The notes beneath the pieces were generated by a model. It searched no databases and was not told where the DNA came from. It worked only from the letters and a program-made list of their open reading frames with translations. Below, piece after piece: positions 19,878 through 28,129 of a stretch of DNA of 64,000 nucleotides. The translations under genes were made by a program, and so were the position numbers. Position 1 is the first letter of the stretch. Every line of letters begins with the position of its first letter. Source of the DNA: a virus (taxonomy: Duplodnaviria; Caudoviricetes); IMG/VR virus record IMGVR_UViG_3300025889_000071. One strand, given 5' to 3'.

Positions 19878-20432
19878 ATGACACAACTTTTAAAACATTA
19901 TTGGGTAGATAGGGATAATACCAGTGTCTTTGCAATTTCTTCATCAATGTGGAGTCGTCCCAGATTTGGATATGTGGCTCCTAATATCGCAGGTCTTGAG
20001 ATCGTTCATAGAATAACTGATAGTAATGGTATTCCTTTTTGCTTATCGACTTGCCCCGATGATACTACCATCACAGAAGAAGATGGTCTTGAAATTCTGA
20101 CTCAAGCAGAATGGGATGCAGAAATTGCTACTTATGATACCGCACAAGAAACAAAAAGATATGTTGAGGTAAGAAGTATTCGAGATAAACTTCTGTCCGA
20201 GACTGATTGGATTGTCACAAAATCGTTGGAGACAGGTGTTGCTCTGTCATCAGAATTTACAACCTGGAGAACTGCTTTAAGAAATCTTCCAAATGGTTCT
20301 GAATTTCCACTTACTCTTCCTGATGCACCAGTTGCAGTTTCTGTAAGTAATGCAGAATATCTGGCACAAGTAACTCAAATTCCGATGATTAATGATCCAA
20401 ATGTTGTGGAAGAAGAATTACCTGGTGAGTAA
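19878..20432 (+). CDS. Tail fibre assembly chaperone-like protein
   Basis: VRSIRDKLLSETDWIV...WRTALRNLP matches the R.R..LL..TDW...YRQALRDLP tail-assembly chaperone pattern. Confidence 0.75.
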   Translation: MTQLLKHYWVDRDNTSVFAISSSMWSRPRFGYVAPNIAGLEIVHRITDSNGIPFCLSTCPDDTTITEEDGLEILTQAEWDAEIATYDTAQETKRYVEVRSIRDKLLSETDWIVTKSLETGVALSSEFTTWRTALRNLPNGSEFPLTLPDAPVAVSVSNAEYLAQVTQIPMINDPNVVEEELPGE

Positions 20433-20999
20433 GGAATAACACTTCTCATTTCTATCATAAGCATAGTCAGCATACTCACCATTCTTTCTGACATAGTGTA
20501 GAAAGAGTTGCATAAACCTATCGTTCTTATGTGTTCGTAGTGGTGACCTCCAGTGAGGAACGATAGTTCCAAGATATGCAACACCATGTCCAACAGGTGT
20601 CACGACCTCTCTACGCTTCCCTGTGAGGTCTTTAAGTTTAATAGGCCACTCTGCATCACCACAGATATTCATCGTTACAGAGACCTCACAGGAGGGTCTG
20701 TCAGTGTGACAATTCATCCATCCTTTATTATGATATGTTGTAGTAAACCAATATGATGGAATGAGTTCCTCTCCAAGTAGTTCTTCAAGAATAGGTTTCA
20801 TTCTCTTCACAACAAATGTGGAGGACTCTGGAGCATAACAACACATCACATTTCCTCTTTCAGGATCATAATGAGTTTTAAGACCTCCAAGATCATGAAT
20901 TGCACCCATTAGATTCTGATATTTAATTTGTATTGCTTCTTGTTTACTAATAATGTCTGGTATATAATGCCAACCTTTCTTTGCAAATGATGAAGTCAT
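20418..20999 (-). CDS. 2OG-Fe(II) oxygenase (only clear minus-strand gene)
   Basis: HTDRPSCEVSVTMNI...VPHWRSPL...QLFLHYV; minus-strand TAAATA at 21020-21025. Confidence 0.85.
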   Translation of the reverse strand: MTSSFAKKGWHYIPDIISKQEAIQIKYQNLMGAIHDLGGLKTHYDPERGNVMCCYAPESSTFVVKRMKPILEELLGEELIPSYWFTTTYHNKGWMNCHTDRPSCEVSVTMNICGDAEWPIKLKDLTGKRREVVTPVGHGVAYLGTIVPHWRSPLRTHKNDRFMQLFLHYVRKNGEYADYAYDRNEKCYSLLTR

Positions 21000-21019
21000 A
21001 TATAAATTTCATGTTATAA

Positions 21020-21025
21020 TATTTA
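21020..21025 (-). promoter_or_regulatory. Late promoter TAAATA on minus strand
   Basis: Forward tattta, 20 nt upstream of the minus-strand start codon. Confidence 0.55.
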
Positions 21026-21042
21026 GAAAAATCTTATTGATT

Positions 21043-22284
21043 ATGAATTATAAGTTTAGCATTATCACCCCAGCACACAAAAAAAATCCATACCTTGAAG
21101 AACTTTATGATAGTATTTTGGCACAAACATATTCAAATTGGGAATGGGTTCTTTGGTTGAACAATCATTTAAAAGAGCATAATATATCAGAAAGAATTAG
21201 GAATGATGATAGGGTAAAGATTTTCAGGACAGAAAATACCTCAAAAAATATTGGATATCATAAACATCATGCGTTTCATAAAGGAACGGGTGATGTTCTG
21301 GTTGAAGTTGATTATGACGATATGATTACTTCAAATTGTTTAGAAGAATTGAATAAAGCATATCAAGATGAGAATATTGGATTTGCATACAGTAATGCTA
21401 TCCAATATAACATGAAAAAGGAATTTATTCCATATAATCCGGCCCATGGTTGGTCATATTCGAAAGTCAAGTTTCGTGAAGAAGAAAGATATGTAATGAA
21501 TTCTTGGCATCCAAGTAGTCATAGTCTTTCATTTATTTGGTATGCTCCAGATCATGTGAGGTCTTGGAGATCTGATTTATATAAAAAAGTTGGAGGACAT
21601 AATCAAGAACTTGAAATATGTGATGATCATGAATTAATGATAAGGACATATTTAAATACAAATATGTATTTTATAGAAAAACCGCTTTATGTTTATAGAG
21701 TAACTGGCAACAATACTTATTTGAAAAAAAATTCACAGATTCAAAAAGAAACTGTAAGACTTGCTTATGAGAATGTTTATGCTCTTGCTGAACATGATGC
21801 TGAAAAAAATAATTTACTAAAAGTAGATCTTGGTGGAGGTTTATACCCCAGGGAAGGATATATGACAATCGATCAACATGATGCGGATATCATTTGTGAT
21901 TTAAATGATGGAATTCCTCTTCCAGATAATAGTGTTGGAGTTTTGAATGCCAGTCATGTGATTGAGCATTTGAGAGATCCAATTAAAACAATGAGAGAGA
22001 TACATCGGGTTCTTGCACATGGTGGTTGGGCTTTAATTGAAGTTCCTTCTACAGATGGACGCGGGGCATGGCAAGATCCGACTCATGTGAGTTTTTGGAA
22101 TGAACATAGTTTTTGGTATTATACTGACAAGAGTAAAGCAGAATTTATTAGGAATAAAGATATTAGATTTCAATCATATCGCCTAGATACATGGGAAATG
22201 TCTCCCCATATTCCTGTTGTTACCACAAATTTAGTTGCAATTAAAGAAGGTGGAAAAAGACTTCCAGGTATTTTAAATATTTGA
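21043..22284 (+). CDS. GT2 glycosyltransferase fused to class I SAM-dependent methyltransferase
   Basis: FSIITPAH, VEVDYDD, ICDDHELMIR; then KVDLGGG, SHVIEHL, EIHRVLAHGG, QDPTH. Confidence 0.85.
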   Translation: MNYKFSIITPAHKKNPYLEELYDSILAQTYSNWEWVLWLNNHLKEHNISERIRNDDRVKIFRTENTSKNIGYHKHHAFHKGTGDVLVEVDYDDMITSNCLEELNKAYQDENIGFAYSNAIQYNMKKEFIPYNPAHGWSYSKVKFREEERYVMNSWHPSSHSLSFIWYAPDHVRSWRSDLYKKVGGHNQELEICDDHELMIRTYLNTNMYFIEKPLYVYRVTGNNTYLKKNSQIQKETVRLAYENVYALAEHDAEKNNLLKVDLGGGLYPREGYMTIDQHDADIICDLNDGIPLPDNSVGVLNASHVIEHLRDPIKTMREIHRVLAHGGWALIEVPSTDGRGAWQDPTHVSFWNEHSFWYYTDKSKAEFIRNKDIRFQSYRLDTWEMSPHIPVVTTNLVAIKEGGKRLPGILNI

Positions 22285-22285
22285 T

Positions 22286-22876
22286 ATGAATTATTTTTTA
22301 AAGAATCAAAAACTCAATGAGTCTCCAAGTCCAACATTATGGGTTGTAGATAATTTTTATGATGATCCACATTCTATTAGAAATTTTGCATTGGAACAAA
22401 ATTTCATTTCTGACAGTGGATATAAAGGAAAGAGAACTGAACATCAATATGAAATTCCTGGAACAAAGGAAAGATTTGAGATGATTATGAATAAAAAAAT
22501 TACTGGATGGACAGACACATATACAATGTGTGGAAGATTTCAGTATTGCACTTGTGAAGACCCATTAGTATATCATGCAGATTATCAAAGATGGGCCGCT
22601 ACTGTTTACCTAACACCAGATGCTCCGTATGAGTGTGGAACATCTTTACTTGCACATAAAGAAACAAGGATTAGGCATGTTAGTGTTGAAGGATCTGATG
22701 TAATTTGGTCTAAAAAGTTTTTAGATCCTACACCTTGGGATCATATTGATGTTGTTGGCAATGTTTTTAATCGATTAGTCATATGGGATGCAAAGTGCCC
22801 TCATGCTGCGTCTAAATATTTTGGATATGATAAATATGACTCTAGATTATTCCATATGTTCTTTTTCGACACTTAA
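22286..22876 (+). CDS. 2OG-Fe(II) oxygenase-like protein (DUF6445-like)
   Basis: VVDNFYDDP, YHADYQRWAATVYLTPDAP, NVFNRLVIWD..PHAA, RLFHMFFF. Confidence 0.75.
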   Translation: MNYFLKNQKLNESPSPTLWVVDNFYDDPHSIRNFALEQNFISDSGYKGKRTEHQYEIPGTKERFEMIMNKKITGWTDTYTMCGRFQYCTCEDPLVYHADYQRWAATVYLTPDAPYECGTSLLAHKETRIRHVSVEGSDVIWSKKFLDPTPWDHIDVVGNVFNRLVIWDAKCPHAASKYFGYDKYDSRLFHMFFFDT

Positions 22877-22881
22877 AGGCA

Positions 22882-24468
22882 ATGAGTTCTCTTCAAGAAA
22901 AATGGTCAGATAAATATAAAAAGAGTATTGACTGCAATAACCCAAAGGGTTTTAGTCAGAGAGCTCACTGCCAGGGTCGCAAAAAGAAAATGAGTGAAGA
23001 AAAAAAAGATCACGAATATTCTATGGCTAGGTCAGAATTAAAGACCGTAGCAAGTGCTGTTAAACGTCTTCAAAAGAAGATGGGTAAAAAAGGTGAGGGT
23101 AATTTACAAGCCTGGGTTCAATCTAAAATTACTAAAGCAGCAGATTACATTGATACTGCAGCAGATTATGTTACTAACGAAGAAACGAAAAGTGGTGATA
23201 GTTCTTTGCGTGACTGGTTTAGCAAGAGTCGCTCTTCTGATGGCACCCCTGGTTGGGTTCAACTGGGCGGCAAGTATGCAGGAAAACCCTGTGCAAAGCA
23301 ACCAGGTCAAACAACCAAACCCAAGTGCGGTTCTTCAAAAATGAAGCGTAATCTTTCTAAAGATGAGGAAGAAGCAGCTTTTAGACGCAAGAATCGAAAA
23401 GATCCAAATCCAGATAGAAAAGGGAAGGCAATTAACGTGAAAACAGAAGAAGCAATGATCGAAGCAGCAGGTGAAAAAGATGCTTGTTATCATAAAGTAA
23501 AATCTCGTTATAAGGTTTGGCCTTCTGCATATGCTTCTGGGGCTTTAGTTAAGTGCCGTAAAAAAGGTGCTGCTAATTGGGGAAATAAAACTAAAAAAGA
23601 AGAAATTGACCTCGGTGAAAAGTGTTGGCCTGGTTATGAGAAAAAAGGTATGAAAAAAATGTTTGGAAAAAAATATCCAAATTGTGTCAAAAAAGAAGGA
23701 TATGAATTTTCTAATTGGAGAGACGATTTCAAGGCAACTGAATATGAGTTTATTGACCTCATCAAACCAGAACCTTGGAAATCAGTAAAAGAAGAATGTG
23801 GTGTTCAAAGATATTGTCCAAAATGCAAAAAGAATGAATTAAGAACCGAATGTAAGTATGGTGGTCACTATTGGGATATGTTCTCAAAACCAGCATCTTT
23901 AGCACCAGAAACTCCAGAGGATTTTGTACCATCAGAATCATCTGATGGTGGTGGTGACATTGGTGAAGCAGTAAGAGTTCCACAAAGAACTGGAAATATA
24001 ATTGTGGTAACTTTGAGTTGGAGAGGAAAGTTTTACATGATTAAGTTGTTCTTCCCACAAATTACAAAACCAAGTAGAAAAGAAGTTCAAGACCAAATTG
24101 AAAAAGTCTATCCCGGTTCAAAAGTAAATACCTATTATGTAACTGATTACAAACCAGGGGAGCAATTGCTTTATGTGTCTGAAGAAGAGGTTGATGAAGA
24201 TTGGCAATCTGTAAATCGCAAAGACAAAACCGATGGTTTAAGTCAAAAAGCAGTTGATGCCTATCGCAGAGAGAATCCAGGTTCAAAACTGAAAACTGCA
24301 GTTACTAAAAAACCATCAAAATTGAAAGCAGGTTCTAAAGATGCAAAGCGTCGCAAGTCGTTCTGCTCAAGAATGAGTGGTATGAAGAAGCGTCTCACTT
24401 CTGCTAAAACTGCTAGAGACCCAGATTCCAGAATCAATAAAGCCCTCCGTCGTTGGAACTGTAACTAA
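22882..24468 (+). CDS. Mosaic protein of short basic/Cys modules (DUF5872- and DUF6321-like segments), candidate internal head polyprotein
   Basis: Modules such as ACYHKVKSRYKVWPSAYASGALVKCRK and RRKSFCSRM separated by acidic E/EE joints. Confidence 0.7.
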   Translation: MSSLQEKWSDKYKKSIDCNNPKGFSQRAHCQGRKKKMSEEKKDHEYSMARSELKTVASAVKRLQKKMGKKGEGNLQAWVQSKITKAADYIDTAADYVTNEETKSGDSSLRDWFSKSRSSDGTPGWVQLGGKYAGKPCAKQPGQTTKPKCGSSKMKRNLSKDEEEAAFRRKNRKDPNPDRKGKAINVKTEEAMIEAAGEKDACYHKVKSRYKVWPSAYASGALVKCRKKGAANWGNKTKKEEIDLGEKCWPGYEKKGMKKMFGKKYPNCVKKEGYEFSNWRDDFKATEYEFIDLIKPEPWKSVKEECGVQRYCPKCKKNELRTECKYGGHYWDMFSKPASLAPETPEDFVPSESSDGGGDIGEAVRVPQRTGNIIVVTLSWRGKFYMIKLFFPQITKPSRKEVQDQIEKVYPGSKVNTYYVTDYKPGEQLLYVSEEEVDEDWQSVNRKDKTDGLSQKAVDAYRRENPGSKLKTAVTKKPSKLKAGSKDAKRRKSFCSRMSGMKKRLTSAKTARDPDSRINKALRRWNCN

Positions 24469-24776
24469 TGAAAAGTTTTAAACAATTTTTAACCGAAAGC
24501 ATCACCATCAATGGTGATTTCAATGGAACTCTCAATGTAGGAGGTTCTCAACCAGAACAGGCACAAGAGTCATTCTTTGCCGATGTTGTCTGGGAAGGTA
24601 AGTTATACCGTCTTGAAGTAGAAGGTAAAATGCTTTCCAAAAATGAATTGGCAGAGCAGATTCAAGGAGAATATCCAGGTGCAATTGTTCATCAAATTTA
24701 TCCAGGAAATTCTCCTTCTTCAAAAATCAAAAACGCACAAAGATATCAACCAGAAAGATTAAGTTGGAGTGACTAA
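24468..24776 (+). CDS. Hypothetical protein with capsid-targeting-like N-terminus MKSFKQFLTE
   Basis: TAATG coupling; N-terminus resembles the T4 internal-protein leader. Confidence 0.7.
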   Translation: MKSFKQFLTESITINGDFNGTLNVGGSQPEQAQESFFADVVWEGKLYRLEVEGKMLSKNELAEQIQGEYPGAIVHQIYPGNSPSSKIKNAQRYQPERLSWSD

Positions 24777-26338
24777 TGGCTCAGTGGAATAAAACTACAC
24801 AAGATTACCTCAATCAAGAGAGAAGTCTATTTGAGGTTTACATGTGTGCCGACAGATACGGCAACATTGATGGGTGCAATGGAACTGCGAGTGGTAGTGG
24901 TGCATTTGGAGAACAAATTGTATCTCAAATCACCCCAGTCCTTCAACTTGATGGTCTGTATGGTTTAAACTCAGATAGATTTGAACTCTACTCATTTGGT
25001 ACTGGTAGCACTAGTGATGCTAATAATTTGATGACTACATCAACAGGAACTGGTGCTTATGGTTATGGAGTTGTTCGTTCTAAAAGATCTGTAAGATATC
25101 GTCCAGGACAAGGTGCTCTCGCAAGATTCACAGCACAGTTTTCTGGTATTGCAACAGGATATACACAAAGAGCAGGATTCTTCACACAAGAGCAAGCACT
25201 TCAAGTTGGATACAGCACTGAAGGAAGGTTTGGTATTCTTCGTGAGAATGGTGGTAAAGCTCACATTCATAGATTTACTATCACAACACCTTCAAGTGGC
25301 ACAGAGAATATAACAGTCACTCTTGCTGGTGTCGCATCCACAGTTACTATTGGATCAGGAACAACAACACAAAACGCAACTGGTATTGGAACTCATACTT
25401 ATGCTGGTTGGATTGCCGACTATAAGAATGGTTATATTGATTTCTTATCCACAAGCGTCGGTCCAAAAACAGGCACATTCTCTATTGTAAGTAATGGTGA
25501 CCTGGTAGCTACATCAACAACTTCTCAAACAGGTGTAAATCATACAAGCAACTGGACATATCAAGAGGACTGGAACTTTGATACGATGACTGGTGTTGGT
25601 GGCACCACCAATCCATCAGGAGTTACATTAGATCCAACCAAACTGAATGTATACCAAATCAACTTCCGTTGGTTGGGTGCTGGTGAGATGAGATTTGCTA
25701 TTGAAAATCCCACAACGGGAGATATGATGCCCGTTCATCATATTCACTATACAAACAGGAATAATACTGTTCATTTAGATAATCCATCACTCAAGATTGG
25801 ATATGTGGCTGCCAATCTGGATGGTAATACTGGTGCTGGTGTAACAGTCTCTGGCGCATCTATGATGGGTGCGATTGAAGGTGTTATTAATACCACAACC
25901 CTTCCAATCGGTGCCTTTAGAACAAAGACTGGTGGAATGAATAGTACTGGCACAAAATTCCACCTGATTACCATTAAGGGCGGTATGATTGTCAATAACA
26001 AAATTAATACCAGAGAACTTATAGTAAAGAAAATTAGTGCTCTAACAACATCGGCAGGAACAGCACCTTGTTTTATCTATCTGTATATTGATCCAATAAC
26101 AGCAGATCCTTTAGATTTCACACCTCTTGGAAATGCTTCTTCATATTCAACAACTGATACAACAATCACTGGTGGAGATCCAGCAGCAGTTTTTTGTGTT
26201 ACATCGGGTGCTCCAGAAACAATTGATCTTGATGAGTTGAGAATTGTTTTACCACCACAAAGACTATTCACGCTAGCAATTTCTTCCAGTGCTGTTCTAC
26301 AAAATGCAGATGCTGCAATAACATTTGTTGAGGATTAA
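24776..26338 (+). CDS. Hypothetical beta-rich (Thr/Gly-rich) virion protein
   Basis: 520-aa ORF, TAATG coupled, composition typical of structural/fibre proteins. Confidence 0.7.
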   Translation: MAQWNKTTQDYLNQERSLFEVYMCADRYGNIDGCNGTASGSGAFGEQIVSQITPVLQLDGLYGLNSDRFELYSFGTGSTSDANNLMTTSTGTGAYGYGVVRSKRSVRYRPGQGALARFTAQFSGIATGYTQRAGFFTQEQALQVGYSTEGRFGILRENGGKAHIHRFTITTPSSGTENITVTLAGVASTVTIGSGTTTQNATGIGTHTYAGWIADYKNGYIDFLSTSVGPKTGTFSIVSNGDLVATSTTSQTGVNHTSNWTYQEDWNFDTMTGVGGTTNPSGVTLDPTKLNVYQINFRWLGAGEMRFAIENPTTGDMMPVHHIHYTNRNNTVHLDNPSLKIGYVAANLDGNTGAGVTVSGASMMGAIEGVINTTTLPIGAFRTKTGGMNSTGTKFHLITIKGGMIVNNKINTRELIVKKISALTTSAGTAPCFIYLYIDPITADPLDFTPLGNASSYSTTDTTITGGDPAAVFCVTSGAPETIDLDELRIVLPPQRLFTLAISSSAVLQNADAAITFVED

Positions 26339-26351
26339 AAGGAGTTTTGTT

Positions 26352-27230
26352 ATGAGTGACGTATATCTTGGCAATCCATTATTAAAAAAAGCAAATACTG
26401 CGATTGAATTTACTCAAGAACAGATTGAGGAGTTTATTAAATGTCAGAGTGACCCAGTATATTTTGCAAAAAATTATGTGAAGATTGTGACTCTTGATAA
26501 AGGATTACAACCTTTTGAGTTATACCCATTTCAAGAAAAGTTAGTTAATAACTTTCATAATAATAGATTTAATATCTGCAAGATGCCACGGCAGACAGGT
26601 AAATCAACAACTGTGGTTTCTTTTCTTTTACACTATGCAGTATTTAATGATAATGTCAATATAGGCATTCTAGCAAACAAAGCTGCAACCGCAAGAGAAC
26701 TTCTTGATAGGTTACAAACTGCATACGAGAACTTACCAAAGTGGATGCAGCAAGGTATCATAGCATGGAATAAAGGTAGTTTGGAGTTAGAAAATGGCAG
26801 TAAGATATTGGCAGCTTCTACATCTGCAAGTGCTGTCCGAGGCATGTCGTTCAATATCCTCTTTCTCGACGAATTCGCCTTCGTCCCTAATCACATCGCT
26901 GACTCCTTCTTTGCATCTGTTTATCCTACTATTACTTCTGGTAAAAGCACAAAAGTCATCATAGTTTCAACGCCACATGGTATGAATCATTTCTACCGTA
27001 TGTGGCACGATGCGGAAAAAGGTAAGAACGAATATATTCCCACAGATGTTCATTGGTCAGAAGTTCCAGGTAGAGATTCTAAATGGAAAGAACAGACTAT
27101 TGCAAACACATCAGAGCAGCAGTTTAAAGTTGAGTTTGAATGTTTGGATGGAAATACATCGATTGAAATTTTAGATGAGAATAATACCATTCAAAAAATT
27201 TCAATGGAAAACTTATATAAACGGTTGTGA
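26352..27230 (+). CDS. gp17: Terminase large subunit gp17 N-terminal part (ATPase) fused to split-intein N fragment
   Basis: Walker A MPRQTGKST, Walker B LFLDEFAF, motif III IVSTPHG; ends QQFKVEFE-CLDGNTSIEIL...LYKRL-stop. Confidence 0.95.
   Translation: MSDVYLGNPLLKKANTAIEFTQEQIEEFIKCQSDPVYFAKNYVKIVTLDKGLQPFELYPFQEKLVNNFHNNRFNICKMPRQTGKSTTVVSFLLHYAVFNDNVNIGILANKAATARELLDRLQTAYENLPKWMQQGIIAWNKGSLELENGSKILAASTSASAVRGMSFNILFLDEFAFVPNHIADSFFASVYPTITSGKSTKVIIVSTPHGMNHFYRMWHDAEKGKNEYIPTDVHWSEVPGRDSKWKEQTIANTSEQQFKVEFECLDGNTSIEILDENNTIQKISMENLYKRL
27141..27227 (+). mobile_element. Split intein N fragment (29 aa, CLDGNT...LYKRL)
   Basis: Intein block A (C1-L-x-G-x-T) begins exactly where gp17 similarity stops. 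Confidence 0.92.
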
Positions 27231-27241
27231 GTTTTTTGGAT

Positions 27242-27249
27242 TATAAATA
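27242..27249 (+). promoter_or_regulatory. Late promoter TATAAATA
   Basis: Exact consensus 9 nt before the endonuclease start. Confidence 0.75.
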
Positions 27250-27258
27250 ATTAAAAAA

Positions 27259-27828
27259 ATGTATTATATTTACTTTCTTAAAGACTTGGATGGAAAAGTC
27301 AAATATGTTGGACAGACTCAAAATTTAGATTCTAGAAGAAGAGAACATAAAAGAAATAAACCACCACATAAATTTGAAATAAGTGAGCAGATAGATATTT
27401 CAGAAAAAGCAAAAGAAGCAGAAATTTTTCATATAGAAAAATTTGATACTTTTAAAAATGGATGGAATAAATCTACTGGTGGAGAAGGATTTGATGACTA
27501 CGAAAGAAAAGGAATTGGTGGAGCAAAAAAGGGAACTATTCCTTGGAATAAAGGAGTCAAAAATTGTTTCTCTGAAGAGACTATAGAAAAAATGAGCAAT
27601 TCTAGAAAAGGTAGAGTTTTTAGTAGAAAAATAAATGACGATCAAATAAGAGAGATAAGGAAACTATATAATGAAAAACCAGAATTACAAAATGTCGGTG
27701 CAATTATGAAAAATGGTAAAAGATTATCATATATTCAGGCATTTTGTAAGGAATATGCAAAAGATTATAATTTAACTCCACAAGGGATAAAAAGAATTAT
27801 TTTAAAGGAATGCTGGACAAATGTTTAA
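27259..27828 (+). mobile_element. Free-standing GIY-YIG homing endonuclease with NUMOD3-like DNA-binding motif
   Basis: YYIYFL...YVGQT...R..EH...E...I...F..GWN (GIY-YIG); PWNKG...SEETIEKMSNSRKG (NUMOD3-like). Confidence 0.88.
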
Positions 27829-28129
27829 ACTTAATAAAAATATTAAAGTAAAAACTCCTAGTGGATTTAAATATTTTTCTGGAATTCAAAAAGTTTACAA
27901 ACCATTTTATCATTGGATAATATTTGATGATGGAACAGAAATAAAATGCTCTGACAATCATTCTTTTGGGAAAGAACAAATAAAAGCATCAATGATTAAA
28001 GTTGATGATTTTTTTCAGGGGAAAAAAGTAGTTTATAATGAAATAGTAGAAGAAGAAATATACCTTTATGACTTACTTGATGTTGGTGAAGATAATCTTT
28101 ATTTTTCAAATGGAATAATATCTCACAAT
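27821..28129 (+). mobile_element. Split intein C fragment (103 aa, ends SHN; Cys+1 at 28130)
   Basis: Blocks B, F and G present; terminal His-Asn followed by Cys. Confidence 0.92.

Noticed and set aside
27141-28129. gp17 as a pseudogene or as interrupted by a group I intron
   Set aside because: Both junctions carry intact intein motifs (C1; His-Asn/Cys+1) and rejoin seamlessly at protein level; no group I core elements recognised.
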